Position numbers and translations under genes: made by a program. A stretch of DNA of 64,000 nucleotides from an uncultured delta proteobacterium (lineage in GTDB: Bacteria > Desulfobacterota > Binatia > UBA9968), in assembly GCA_963745035.1 (NCBI GenBank), contig CAVUVW010000024.1, forward strand, positions 1-64,000, in the 5' to 3' direction. Positions 13,425-25,099 of the stretch are shown in pieces (position 1 is the stretch's first letter; every line of letters starts with the position of its first letter). The notes below the pieces were generated by a model. It did no database searches, was not told where the DNA came from, and saw only the letters and a list, made by a program, of their open reading frames with translations.

Positions 13425-14271
13425 CTATTTGGTTCCAGCTGCGATGAGAAGCTCGCTCGGAAACTCAACGCCATTCGGACCTTGGAACCTGCTAAACTCT
13501 TGCTCAATTTCCACCCAAGCCTTTTCTCTCTCAGTGTCACTGAGTTTCGCGGTGAGCTGCTGCAAAATGGGGGTTTGCATGGCCTTAACAGCGTCAGCGG
13601 CCGAGGCGAATCGCCTTTGTACGAGGAACTGCTTTGATGAGAACTTCGAGGAAGCCGGCTGTCCTAAAGAGAGCTTCGAGAATCGAGGGTTCCCCTAAAG
13701 TGAACATCCCGGGCACGTCCGGGCCCGGGGACGGGATGTTTCCAATACGCCGAGCAATCGCGAGCGGAAGCCAATGGAATGGATTTTTCTCCGCGCTTGA
13801 CCACACAAGGGCAACCACCCTCGATCCGGGCTTCACCACACGTCGCATCCCGAAAAGAGCTTTACCGCGCTCGGGAAACAACATGAGACCCTGCCGGCAG
13901 ATAACGGCATCGAACGAGTCGGCTTCAAGGTCGATGTTCGCCGCATCCATCACCCGCGTCTCGACGTTGTTAAGTCCTGCATCCCGAATCGCTTCGGCAG
14001 CCAAATTCAACATGCTGGCAGAAACGTCTGTGGCTAACACGTACCCGCTCGGACCGACGCGTTGAGCTGCCCGGATGGTCTGCTCGCCCGTACCGGCGGC
14101 GACATCCAGAACTCTGGAACCGGCGCGGAGATTGGCGAGGTCGAGCATCATCTCGTCTGCGATGGCGTTGACCTTAGCCCGCTGCGCTTTTCTGCGCTGC
14201 CATTCTTCGGCGACGTCGGCGGCGCCGAAAACTGCTCCCTCTTCACTTGTACTCGGCAATTTTGTGATCAT
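13425..14271 (-). CDS. Class I SAM-dependent methyltransferase, UbiE-like (frameshift near 13615)
   Basis: VLDVAAGTG, SFDAVIC, VKPGSR; C-terminus continues in another frame to TAG at 13425. Confidence 0.8.
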
Positions 14272-14384
14272 CGCATTCTCCCTCTTTCCCGGTAACACCA
14301 TGGGAACAATTTTCATGGGAAACGTGGTCAATCTGGACAATGCGAATCAATTAGCACAATCGGAGAAAAGTTTGAAAGACAAAT

Positions 14385-14414
14385 AAAAACGGCGACCTAT
14401 CGCTAAGTCGCCGT
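14385..14414 (-). terminator. Intrinsic terminator downstream of the displaced half-tRNA
   Basis: ACGGCGAC-N10-GTCGCCGT stem followed by a T run on the minus strand. Confidence 0.6.
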
Positions 14415-14448
14415 CTCTTATCAACACTCGCGTTTTGGGCTGTTCAGT

Positions 14449-14488
14449 TTTTCAAGACCGGTGGTTTCAACCGCTCACCCACCCCTCC
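14449..14488 (-). repeat. att repeat: 5' half of tRNA-Ser(TGA)
   Basis: 40/40 identity to 9503-9542; identity ends at the anticodon loop. Confidence 0.93.
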
Positions 14489-14499
14489 AAGAATGCTGT

Positions 14500-14891
14500 T
14501 AGATACTTACGAGGCTACGTGCTCGGCGGGAGAATCCGTGTTGCAACTATGTTGCAAAATTCCGAATCCCTTTGCAACGTCCCGCGGCTTCAAATTCACG
14601 TACCGCTGATACACTGCAACGCTCTTGTGCCCTGCCGCTTTCATCGCAACGTCGACGCGAACGCCCGACCTGACATTCGGTTTTTGCGCTGTGTCGACAA
14701 TCGTGAAACCGGAAATTGTTCACCTTTCGCGCGCCTACGCGCAACTCTCAGGGCCTGGGTGATCGTTCTTGTGGATTGCCCGGCCGTCATCCCGGGTGAA
14801 GATCAGCCCTCTCATGTTGGTTAGAACCCGGCCCGCCTTCCGCACCTCTACTCCGCCTCGGGCTCAATTACTCGTTCGAAGGTTCCTGCAT
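14500..14891 (-). pseudogene. Internally deleted paralog of the 9558-10757 integrase
   Basis: NFRFHDCRHSAKTE at the C-terminus; N-terminal TTCGAACGAGTAA (FERV) matches 10734-10746; middle missing. Confidence 0.8.
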
Positions 14892-15607
14892 GCCTTTTCC
14901 TTTCTTTACTTGGCTTCTTTTGGGAAGTGCAGGTTCTGTCGTACGCAGATTATAGGCGGGCATCCCGTTATCGCGGTAATGACCATCAGTATCGATGCTG
15001 TAATCGTCTTGCAGCTTCAACGTTAAACGCCAAGCGTTAGCATCACACCGGGTTTGGCGGGAAATTTTTCAACTGCCTGATAGTTGCTGTGGGTACTCTT
15101 CCAACCTTACGTCGGCAAGAGATCCTCGCCTGAATTTTCTGTGCCTGTTACCACGCCGGGCGTAAATGCCGCGACTCCGGCGAATACTCAGTTTCCATAT
15201 ATTCTCGTAGTGTCTCTAAAACGCCCCGGCATAATCCGTGCTGTACAGTGCGTCTGGCTGGAGCTCGGGCACTGACATCTCGTTGTCAACATCTTTGATG
15301 GTCCTTGCTCCAGCCGCCATTCCTTTTTGTGTTGAGGGATCATCCATCGGCAAGCGCTTTTGAGCTGGCGATAAATGCCTATCATTCGCGGGATCAAGGT
15401 TTTGGTTTATGGCTTGGTTTGGTTGCTGGCAGCAGGGGTAATCGGTTGGGCCCTCGATCTGAATGCCGACGCGATGATCTTCGTGCTCATAGCAGTGGCG
15501 CTTGTCGCCGTTGTGACAGGTATTTGGCTATTCGAGGAACTGGATGGCTGAAATAGGCAAAATGGCAAGTAAACACCTCCGACTCCCGTTCCAGCTCCAT
15601 TACACGC

Positions 15608-15865
15608 GTGGGAAAGGTGCCTCCAGTGTCTTTGAAGATTCGTTTCGACGACAACAGTTTTCATGCCCTAAAGAGATCCGTCCCGCCGCAGTCGCAGTCA
15701 CGAACTGTCCTCGAATCCGCAGTACACGTCACGTTCTTCGAGGTCGTTATAAACTGCACGGAGGCGGAAGCACGAACTTTTCTGCTTTATGCTGATCACT
15801 GCCCCGCAGTCGTCGCGTCGATCGAGCAGGCGCTGCGCGAAGCAGCGAGGTCGCGGACAGGTTGA
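15608..15865 (+). CDS. Hypothetical protein
   Basis: 85-aa ORF with plausible composition only. Confidence 0.4.
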   Translation: MGKVPPVSLKIRFDDNSFHALKRSVPPQSQSRTVLESAVHVTFFEVVINCTEAEARTFLLYADHCPAVVASIEQALREAARSRTG

Positions 15866-16219
15866 CCACCGCAAATGGCGATACTGACCTGCATTCTCGG
15901 GCTCGTCCTTGCGGTTGTAATCGTCGTTTACTTGCTTTTCGAAGAATGATTTTTCCGTGGCGTCCGCTGCGTGTTCTACCCTTTAGCCCTCCGACTCTCT
16001 CCGACGCCTCACGATTTCGAGTATTATGGCGATGTTTTGGTCTAAAGAGCTGATGTGCTGCAGATTATCCGTCAGCCGGAGGCAAGTCATGCAATCCTGA
16101 ATGCAGCAACTGACTGCCAATGCCCTCATGCGATTTGCGTTCTGATGCATTGCGTTCCGCCTAATAGTGAAATAATAAGATTGAAATTCTGTGTGCTGAA
16201 TTGTTCGGGGACCACAAGA

Positions 16220-17227
16220 ATGCACCTTTGGCTACGCATGTTTTTTTCAGTCCTGCTCATCTTCGCCATCGGCTTCTTCGGTGTGATTACGTCGGCCGGC
16301 GCACAGACGAAAATGGAGAAGCTTCACGTCGGCTACAGCGCTCAAGCCGGTTCCCTAGCGCCGATATGGGTCACCAAGGAAGCCGGATTTTTTAAAAAGC
16401 ACGGCCTCGACGTTGAGCTGCTCTTCATTCCGGGAGGGCCGACGGCCGCGGCCGCGCTGTTGTCCGGCGAGGTGCCGATCACCGTGATCGGCGGGCCGGC
16501 GGTGGTGAGCAGCAATCTCGCCGGCTCGGATCTCGTCATGATCGCCGGTATCGTCAATACATTCGCTTTTCAGATCGTCACGGTTAAAGGCATTACTTCT
16601 TACCAGCAACTCAAAGGTAAACGCCTCGGCGTGAACCGCTTCGGCGCCTCGCCCGACGTGGCCGCACGATTTGCGTTGAAGCATATGGGCATCGATCCCA
16701 AGGAGCTGACAATCCTGCAGCTAGGCGAGCAGTCGACCCGGTTGCAGGCCATGATGGCGGGACAACTCGAGGCTGCAGTCTTTTTGCCGCCGATCACCAC
16801 GATCGCGCAGAAACAAGGCATGAACGTGCTTCTGGATCTCGCCGAATTGGGCGCGGAGTTTCAGATTACCGGACTTGGGAGCAGCCAGAAGTTTCTCAGC
16901 CAACACCGCCCGACGGCGATCAAGTTTATGCAGGCGTTCGTAGAAGGCATTCACTATTACAAGACACACAAGCCGGAGAGCATGAAAACCATCGCGAAGT
17001 ACATGAAGATCAGCGACATGGAGTCCGTCGGCGCGACCTATGACTACTTCGCGCCTAAAGTCGTGCCGCGGAAGCCCTACCCTTCCCTCAAAGGCATCAA
17101 AGCATTGATCGATTTGGCAGCGCTTGAAAAGCCTGAGGGAAAAAGCCCTTCGCCCGAGCGATTTGTGAACACAACGATCCTGAAGGAAGTTGATGACAGC
17201 GGATTCATCGATCGTTTGTATCGCTGA
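16220..17227 (+). CDS. ABC substrate-binding protein, SsuA/NMT1 class
   Basis: Signal peptide; GFFKKHGLDVEL, LKGKRLGV. Confidence 0.88.
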   Translation: MHLWLRMFFSVLLIFAIGFFGVITSAGAQTKMEKLHVGYSAQAGSLAPIWVTKEAGFFKKHGLDVELLFIPGGPTAAAALLSGEVPITVIGGPAVVSSNLAGSDLVMIAGIVNTFAFQIVTVKGITSYQQLKGKRLGVNRFGASPDVAARFALKHMGIDPKELTILQLGEQSTRLQAMMAGQLEAAVFLPPITTIAQKQGMNVLLDLAELGAEFQITGLGSSQKFLSQHRPTAIKFMQAFVEGIHYYKTHKPESMKTIAKYMKISDMESVGATYDYFAPKVVPRKPYPSLKGIKALIDLAALEKPEGKSPSPERFVNTTILKEVDDSGFIDRLYR

Positions 17228-17289
17228 CCGAGAACGCCGGTCGCGCTAACGTCGCCACCCAAACACTAAACCGATTTTTTGGAGGAGAG

Positions 17290-18399
17290 ATGCTGGACTT
17301 TATCAATCCGTCGCACCCGTCTGAATTTGCCGTTTTGCGGCTCGTCGCCGAGGCACAAGAGGGCGGCGGCGACGTTTTCGACATCGGCCGTTTGTGCAAG
17401 ACGCTTCAGCCCGGCGATTTGGAAGGTTGGGAAAAAGGCTGGCTGGCACTCGCGGAGTCCATCGAGGCAAAAGCCAAACGCGAGCTGGCGCTGGGCCACA
17501 AGCGCACCGCGATGCAGTTCTTTTTTCATGCCAATCAATACTACCGCATGTCCGACGTGTTCCTCGCCGGCGATGAGCTGGAGCGCAGAAAGGCGCGCTT
17601 TCTCAAATGCCAGGAGAATTTTCACGCGGCCGCAAAGCTGCACACGCCGCCCATCGAGATCGTCAAGATCCGTTGCGGGGCGGAAGAATATGAAGGGTAC
17701 TTCTGTCATCCCCTAAATCCCGCACCCGGCAAGTGGCCCGTCGTCTTTCTGATCGGCGGCGCCGACGCCTTCTCGGAGGAGCTTTACTTCGACGGCAGGC
17801 CCGCCACGGAGCGCGGTTGGGCGCTTCTCCTCGTCGACACTCCCGGGCGAGGCTCGTCGATCTATGTGAAGGGCATTGTCTCGCGGCCGGACTATGAAGT
17901 TCCCGTCAAAGCCTGCTTCGATTATTTGGAATCGCGGCCCGAAGTGGACGCGAAGCGCCTAGCCGTCATCGGCATCAGCATGGCCGGCTACTACGCGCCG
18001 CGCGCGGTAGCCTTCGAACCCCGCGCGAAAGCGTACATCGGTTGGTCAGGCTGCTACAGCGTGTTGGACGATCTCTACGAGTTCTGCCCGAATTTGCGAG
18101 CGACCGTGCGACGCTTGCTCGGCGGTTTGACCGACGAACAGGCGCGCGAGCGGCTCAAAGCCTTCACCATGGAAGGGATCGCGCAGAATATAAAATGCCC
18201 GACTTTGATCACTCACGGCGGTCACGATATCCGCATGAGTGTCGAGGGAGCCAAGCGGCTGTTTAACGAGATCGGCGCCAAGGACAAGACGTTGATGATC
18301 TACGACGATCCAAAAGCCGGCGGCACGATTCATTGCAGCCATGACTATTGGGCGCACAATGTGCCGTTCATGCTCGACTGGCTCGAAGAACGGCTGTAA
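17290..18399 (+). CDS. Alpha/beta hydrolase (FrsA / dihydroxypseudooxynicotine hydrolase-like)
   Basis: GGADAF, DTPGRG, nucleophile elbow GISMAG, C-terminal HC. Confidence 0.8.
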   Translation: MLDFINPSHPSEFAVLRLVAEAQEGGGDVFDIGRLCKTLQPGDLEGWEKGWLALAESIEAKAKRELALGHKRTAMQFFFHANQYYRMSDVFLAGDELERRKARFLKCQENFHAAAKLHTPPIEIVKIRCGAEEYEGYFCHPLNPAPGKWPVVFLIGGADAFSEELYFDGRPATERGWALLLVDTPGRGSSIYVKGIVSRPDYEVPVKACFDYLESRPEVDAKRLAVIGISMAGYYAPRAVAFEPRAKAYIGWSGCYSVLDDLYEFCPNLRATVRRLLGGLTDEQARERLKAFTMEGIAQNIKCPTLITHGGHDIRMSVEGAKRLFNEIGAKDKTLMIYDDPKAGGTIHCSHDYWAHNVPFMLDWLEERL

Positions 18400-18538
18400 C
18401 GGTCAGCGCGACAAAGTTCTCCGCCAAATTGCACTGCACCGCAAATGATTTCGGAGTTTCGCCGGCAGCCACATTCACGGCGCAATGAATTTTTCGCCGC
18501 GGAGCCGGGCGGCGTTTTTTGGTGGTCGCGCTCACAGC

Positions 18539-19584
18539 TCAGCGCCGCACCAAATCCCGCAGCAGCTTTTTCCAGTGCTCCTCCGATTTTTCGTATTGCT
18601 CCAATGTCATGCCTTTCTCCGGATACCAGCGTTTGAAGCCGTAGTTCTTCGTGGATGTCGCGAAGCGGAATTTTTCCTCGAAGATTTTTTGCCCTTCCGG
18701 ACTGAGCAGAAAATCGATAAACAACAGAGCCGCGTGTGGATTGTTTGAGCTCGCCGGCAGCGCCACGCCGCCGGCATTCGTCGGGTTGAGATCCATGGGG
18801 ACCCATTCCGTCGGCGCGCCTTTCGGTTTTCCGGAAAGCACGTGATTGCGAAAGATCGAGATCGACATCGGCATTTCGCCCGCGGCCATGAGCTCGTGCA
18901 TGGCTCCGCCCGAGATCATGTGCATCTTGATATCGAGCGCGCGGAGCTGCTTGACGAACTCCTCGCCCTTGGCCTTGATCATCGCGCCGATAAAGCGCAC
19001 GCCGGTCACGTCGCCGCTGACCGCGATCTTGCTCTTGTGCTCCGCCTTCGCAAGCTCTGTAAAATTCTTCGGCACATCGGCAGCTCGAATGAGATTGCGA
19101 TTGTAACCCAACCCGACGATCGACTCGCGGTCCGTCGTCCATAGCACCCGTCCCTTGTCCGCTTCCTCCTTGGCGTCGTCGGGAAAATGCCCCAGATGAG
19201 GCGAAAAATACGGCATGAGCAGTTTGCTCTCTCGCATCATCATGAGCGTCGCAGGCGTCGTTTCAAGTAAATCCGCCAGGCCGCGTTTGCTTTGCGCTTC
19301 GGTCATCAGCCTGCGGGTCAAATCACTGGATCCGGCGCGATAGGTTTCAATCTTGATGCCGGGATACTTGGCTTCGAAGACGTTCGCGATGTCGCGATGA
19401 GCGGTGAGGCTCGTGTACCACACCATCTTGCCTTCTTTTTTGGCACCGGCTTTGAGCATCTCCTCCCGGTCCGCTCCGCGATAGCTGGCGAGATCGGCGA
19501 GGGACTTGGTCTGGGCGGAGGCACCGAGTTTAGCGCAACCAGCAGTAAGAAGCTCCAGAGCACCGCTAAGTAAACTGCTCGCAT
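18539..19584 (-). CDS. ABC extracellular solute-binding protein (N-terminal frameshift)
   Basis: GAKKEGKMVWYTS, PHAALLFIDFLLSPEGQ; signal peptide MRAVYLAVLW in the adjacent frame. Confidence 0.85.
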
Positions 19585-19768
19585 GTTCAAATCTCACAGT
19601 TACAAATCTATGATCGGTGCACACTGGAAAAAGCAGATCCTTCACTTTCGTTCAGGATGACAGCTCCTCTATCAACTCCGAGCACGATGCGATCCCCGAG
19701 CCTTTCGCCATCCGAGAGCTGAGATTCACCATCACTCCACCACTCCATACTCCAGCCCTCCAGATCAG

Positions 19769-22172
19769 CTATTCCAACACACCGTCTTTTTTGTGTGCCG
19801 CGATCGTTTCTTCGCTGTAACCGACGACATCGCGCAGCACCGCTTCGGTATCTTTGCCGAGGACCGGGAACTCCCAGCGCCGGGTCAGCTTGGAGTTGGC
19901 GAACTGCAGCGGAAAATTCGGCAGCACGACTCGTCCTAATCGTGGGTTATCGACCTCGACGATAAACCCGCGTGCTTTGAGCTGCGGATCATTGGTCAGG
20001 TCTTCTCCCGTTTGCACGACGCCGGCCGGCACCCCGGCTTGCTGCAGACGATTCATGACATCGAACGCGTCCTGCCCTTGGGTCCAACGCGAAATAACCG
20101 CATTCAGTTCGTCGCGGCGCGCGAGCCTATCTTTCAAGGTTTTAAAGCCCGCATCTTGCGCCAACTCCATGCCGACGACTTTCGCCAGCGCCGCCCATTG
20201 TGTTTCGTCTTCGGCCGCGATAGCGCACCAGCGATCTTCGCCTTTGCAGGGATAGCAATCATGCGGCGCTGCGGCCGGCGACGCATTGCCGATCGGCTGG
20301 GGATCCTTGCCGCTTGCCGCGGCCTCCATCAGGCTCGGACCGATCATGAACGCGGTCGCTTCCGATTGCGCCAAGTCGATGAACGCGCCCTTCTTCTGCC
20401 GATCGCGATACAGCACACCGGAGATGATGATGATCGCGCACAGCACGCCGGAAACGTAGTCGGGAAAAACCGTTTGCGAGCCGATCGGCGGGTTCGTGAC
20501 GCCGGGATGATTCCACAGATAAGTAAGGCCGGTGAACGCGGTGATGTTCACCCCGACGGTAGAAAAATGGCGCTTCGGGCCCGTAGTGCCCAGACCTGGC
20601 ATGCGCAGGTTGACGATGTCCGGTTTGACCTTGCAGAGCTGATCGTACGCCAAGCCGATACGACCGACTACGTCCACGCTGTAGTTGTCGAGCACGGCGT
20701 CGGCGTGCGCGATCAAATCGTGCAGCACCGGCTGGCCCTGGGGATGTTTCAGATTGACGGTGAAAGACCGCTTGTTGCGGTTGAACTCCAGAAACCGCGG
20801 CGAAACGTTAGGGTCTTCGCCCGTGCCAAAAAAGCGGAACGGGTCCATACCGCCTTTGCTCGATTCGACCTTGATCACGTCCGCGCCCAACTCGGCCAAA
20901 ATGGTCGTCCCGTACGGCCCCGCCAGCACGTGATCGAAGCTCACGATGCGCATGCCGTCCAGCGGACCATTGCCGCTATTCAGTGCGGAACTTGACCGCC
21001 TAACAGCTCCCTCTCTTTTCGCCCCCGCCGCGGAGGAGATGGAAGAGGGAGATATGCCAACTATCCAACACCGGCACGCTGCCCACGGGAATGCGCTCAC
21101 CGTCGATGACAAACGGCATCGCCGGCTGCTTGGTCTTGCCGAAGCCCGCGTGCTCGACCGGGGCCATAAAGCCGCGCTCCTGCACATGCTCATCCTTGGC
21201 AAAGCCCATGGGAGTATTCACCGGCACGCAAGGAATGCCTTTTTCCTGCAACAACTCGGTAATCTCAGCCATGGTATGCCGACCGACAAAAGCCTCCACT
21301 GCCGGATTGAGCTCATCAGCGTGAGCGCGGCGGTACAGATTGTTGAGCCAGTCCGGTGCGTCAAACTTCGCATCATGATCTTTCCAGATGCTAAGAAACA
21401 GTTTCCAATGCTGCCTCGTCACGTAGAGGTAAACGAAGCCGTCGCGGCAAGGAAATATCTTCGCCGGCGCAACGGAGCCATGCTGACTGCCGGCGCGTTT
21501 GGAAATCTGCTTCTCATTGGCCCACAAGCGAATGATGTGCTCCTGGGTGGCCAAGGTTTCCTGCATCGAGGCATCGACGTGATCACCTTGACCGGTGCGC
21601 TCGCGCCGGTAGAGTGCCGCGAGCACGCCGGCGGCAGCAAAAACACTCGCGAAGTAATAGGCCTGTGTCTCGGGGGGCCGCACCGGCGCCATCGAAGGAT
21701 CGCCGGCGATATACAGAAATCCGCTCTGCGCCAAAGCAACGAGATCGTTGTACGCGAAATTCTTCTTTGGTCCCGTCTGTCCGAAAGCCGTGATCGACGC
21801 CATCACGATGCCCGGATTGATGGCCGAGAGATCCTTGTAGCCAAGCTTCTTCGAATCCAGCTCACCGGGCTGAAAACTTTCCAGCACTACATCCGCCGTT
21901 TTCACCAGTTCGCGAAACGTCGCGCGATCGGAGTCTTTGTCCAAGTCGAGTACCTTGCTCGCCTTGCCGGCGTTCAGGTGGGCGAACGTCGTGCTCAGCC
22001 GTTTGCCATCCGCGGATTGGACGAACGGTGGAAGATTGCGCACAGGATCGCCGCCCGGCGGCTCGATCTTGATCACTTCCATGCCCAAATCGCCGAGCAT
22101 ACGGCCGCAGAGTTGGCCGCTGAGACCGGTCAAATCCAATGCTCTGAATCCTTTGAGAAATGCTGCGCTCAT
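19769..22172 (-). CDS. Two-domain CaiB/BaiF family III CoA-transferase (frameshift near 21050)
   Basis: LGMEVIKIEPPGGD...NAGKAS and LGADVIKVES...NRNKRS...FPDY; overlapping ORFs join. Confidence 0.85.
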
Positions 22173-22211
22173 AGTCTTACTTTCCAACCATCGAGAGGTG
22201 GCGGGTCTAGC

Positions 22212-22280
22212 AAGGTCTCTCACTTCGTTCGAGATGACAATCGCTTACTCACTTGTCATTTCGAGCGACGCGAGAAGTCT
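22212..22280. repeat. REP-like family B inverted pair (others at 19636-19661, 23546-23574, 25130-25209)
   Basis: TCTCACTTCGTTCGA(G/A)ATGACA and inverted TGTCAT(T/C)TCGAGC...GCGAGA copies. Confidence 0.75.
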
Positions 22281-22347
22281 TTCCCGGATTCACCGATTTT
22301 TGTATTCTAGAAGTTGGCTACCTTCGTTAGTATCTGATTTCTGATTC

Positions 22348-23474
22348 TCACGCGCCCACATACTGGCTGCGCATGGTGTTCAGGATCTCGCCGCCTCCTG
22401 TACCATTCTTTCGACGATCTCCTTTGCCGGCCGAGCGCTCTTTTCCTCGCTCAACATTCCGGCGACTTGGCCACCCGGCACTTGCAACACATCGACTCGA
22501 TCGGCGGCTTCCGCGGCCCGGCGGATTTCATCCATGGCATTACCTTGATACGGCGTCGGCATGGCTTCCAATCCCGATTCCATCCACGCTTTGATCACCG
22601 GGCTGCGATAATGGCGCGCGTAGTGCCCGCTCGTGTACGCCGTGCGCACGAAATCCTCCGAGCTGCCGGTTAAAATTTGCTTCTTGTAGACCGGATTGAT
22701 GCCGCATTCCTTACTGACGAGAAACGTGGTCCCGCACCACACGCCGACCGCCCCGAGCGCGAGAGCAGCCGCGACGCCGCGGCCGTCGCTGATGCCACCC
22801 GCGGCGACTACCGGTTTCGGCTTCACCGCGTCGACGATCTGTGGAATCAAGGGAAAGTTCCCGATCGTTCCCGTGTGCCCGCCGGCTTCGTACCCCTGCG
22901 CGATGATCACGTCGGCGCCTTTGCGCGCATGGCTCAGCGCATGCTTCACGGCGCCGGCCAGCGCCATCACTTTCGTGCCGATTTCATGCGCAAGCGGCAC
23001 GACCTCCGCGGTGTCACCGAGACCGATGATCAAGATCGGCACTTTCTCTTCGAGAATGACTTTCAATTGCTCGCGCGTCGCCTTGGGAGTTTTCACCCAG
23101 CTTTTTCGATCGGGCGGCTGCGGTTTAAGTCCGAGCTTGGGAATGAGCTCATCGGTAAATTTCGCGTGACTCGGATACTTCTCTTCGATCTCGCGGTGCA
23201 CTTCGTCCGGGTCGGGAATCTTCACGTCTTCCATTTTCGGCAAGGTGATATCGACACCGAACGGTTTGTCGGTGAGCTTGCGCACCGCGCGAATCCGCTC
23301 GCGGATAACTTCCGGGCGAATCGAGCTGCCGCCGATGCAGCCGAGCCCGCCCGCGTTCGATACGGCCGCGACCATTTCAGGCGGAGTCGTCATGCCTTCT
23401 TTATCCCAACCCATGCCCGCTTGGATGATAGGAAATCGAATCCCGAGCAGATCACATAATGGTGTGTGCAGCAT
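22348..23474 (-). CDS. Nitronate monooxygenase/FabK-like flavoprotein
   Basis: PIIQAGM, AVSNAGGLG, QGYEAGGH, AAGGISDGRG. Confidence 0.88.
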
Positions 23475-23584
23475 AGTTATCCTTCTCCTCGCCGTTGGTG
23501 CGAACGAAACCACATTGTTTCGTCTAAAACGAAGCCAAATGGTTTTGTCATTTCGACTGAAGGGAGAAATCCTTCCTAGATCAC

Positions 23585-24403
23585 CTATTTTTTCCGATCC
23601 TCCGGCTTCACATAACCGGTCGTCCCGCCGCCCTTCTGCGAATGCAGATAACCTTCCACATCGCTCAGCGGATTGGTGTAGTAGCGCATGCGATGCGAAA
23701 CCAGATCGTCCGTCCTCAGCGCGGTCAGGAAATCCATGTCCTTCTGCATGTACGCCGCGATCTTGGCGCTTTCCAACGTGACCGCATTGCGGCTGCCCAA
23801 TTCCTTCGCGAGCTGCTCCACATTCGTTGTCAGCTGATCATCGGGCACAACCTCGGAAACCAGACCCACCCTCTCCGCCTCGGCCGCAGTCAAATTTCTT
23901 CCCGTAAGTTGGATATAGAAAGCCTTCTTGAACGGAATGCCGCTGTGAAACAGGGTCGATGTCGCCACAGCACCGTAGCTGCCGCGGATTACTTCCGGCA
24001 TGCCGAACTTCGCCGACTCTCCGGCGATGCAGAGATCGTGGGCGTTGATGACTGCGAGGCCGCCACCGAGACACCAGCCGCGCACGGCGGCAACCGTGAT
24101 CTGCGGCATCGCGCGCAAGATGCGCACGATCTCATAAGTCGTCCCGGCATGGTCCCAAGCCCGCTTGCGCTTCCACGACTCGCGTAAGTCATAGAGATCC
24201 AGACCCGAGGAATACGAATCGCCCGAGCCCGTCGTGACAATGCATTTGATCTTGTCGTTCTCCGCCAGCGCCTTCAACGCCTCGATCAGCTCCGCCATGA
24301 ACTTGTGGCTCATGGCATTTTTCTTTTCCGGTCGGTTGAACGTCAGCCACGCGACGCCGCTTGCTTCGTCAATTTTTTGCAGAACGGTCGTAAAGTCCGC
24401 CAT
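23585..24403 (-). CDS. Enoyl-CoA hydratase/lyase (hydroxycinnamoyl-CoA hydratase-lyase-like)
   Basis: NRPEKKNAM, SGLDL, GWCLGGG, FGMPE. Confidence 0.85.
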   Translation of the reverse strand: MADFTTVLQKIDEASGVAWLTFNRPEKKNAMSHKFMAELIEALKALAENDKIKCIVTTGSGDSYSSGLDLYDLRESWKRKRAWDHAGTTYEIVRILRAMPQITVAAVRGWCLGGGLAVINAHDLCIAGESAKFGMPEVIRGSYGAVATSTLFHSGIPFKKAFYIQLTGRNLTAAEAERVGLVSEVVPDDQLTTNVEQLAKELGSRNAVTLESAKIAAYMQKDMDFLTALRTDDLVSHRMRYYTNPLSDVEGYLHSQKGGGTTGYVKPEDRKK

Positions 24404-24646
24404 CGGTTCCTCCAAAGAAACATTTGCGACAATGACATCTTCTCATAACATAAATTGGAAACGAGAGGCGAGAGCGAGAAAAAGAGATCGAAATACTTCC
24501 GGGAGCGTGGAAGTAATCGACCGTAACGCCCAAATCCTTTTAGTGGAGTCCGGTCCCAATTAACCTGGATTCCCGCTTAAAGCATGCGGGAATGACGGAG
24601 AGGCTAGCTGCATTGGAAGGATTACCACCTGACCATTCTTGCTCAA

Positions 24647-25099
24647 CTACCGTTTCTCGACCTGCGCGATGTCAATCATATCCCGCTGGCCGCTGTTGCG
24701 ATAAAGCCGCTTGCCTTTGCGCGGATAGTCGACAACATCCTGGGCAAGACGTTGTCCAATCACGAGGCAGACCAGCGGCTCCGTTCCGTCGTTCACCGTC
24801 TCATGCGCCGCGCCGCCGGCTGGAAAGCCGATGAAGTCCCCGGGACCGATCTTCTGTTTGACCTCACCCATCACCTCTGTCCCAGAACCCGACAACACGT
24901 AAATCGCTTCGTCCTCGTACTTGTGGGTATGGAATTCCGTCGACTTGTCTCCCGGCGCGATCGTGATCAGGTGAATGCCAATGTTCTTGAGCCCGGCCTC
25001 GTCACCGATGGATTTGTCCAGACGGATCGCAGCAGGATTCAACTGGTGAACACGACGTACACCTTCCATCTTCGCGATTGCTTCAGCGGATAAGTACAT
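24647..25099 (-). CDS. Cupin domain protein
   Basis: HTHKYEDEAIYVLSG...GDFIGFPAGGAAH. Confidence 0.88.
   Translation of the reverse strand: MYLSAEAIAKMEGVRRVHQLNPAAIRLDKSIGDEAGLKNIGIHLITIAPGDKSTEFHTHKYEDEAIYVLSGSGTEVMGEVKQKIGPGDFIGFPAGGAAHETVNDGTEPLVCLVIGQRLAQDVVDYPRKGKRLYRNSGQRDMIDIAQVEKR

Larger units (their letters stand above)
9503..14488. mobile_element. ~5 kb integrative element or prophage remnant bounded by 40-bp direct repeats of the tRNA-Ser(TGA) 5' half
   Basis: TTTTCAAGACCGGTGGTTTCAACCGCTCACCCACCCCTCC identical at 9503-9542 and 14449-14488; integrase, HTH and phage-like ORFs inside; lower GC. Confidence 0.85.

Noticed and set aside
14449-14488. Split or permuted tRNA gene
   Set aside because: It is an exact half copy of an intact tRNA beside integrase DNA, which an att site explains.
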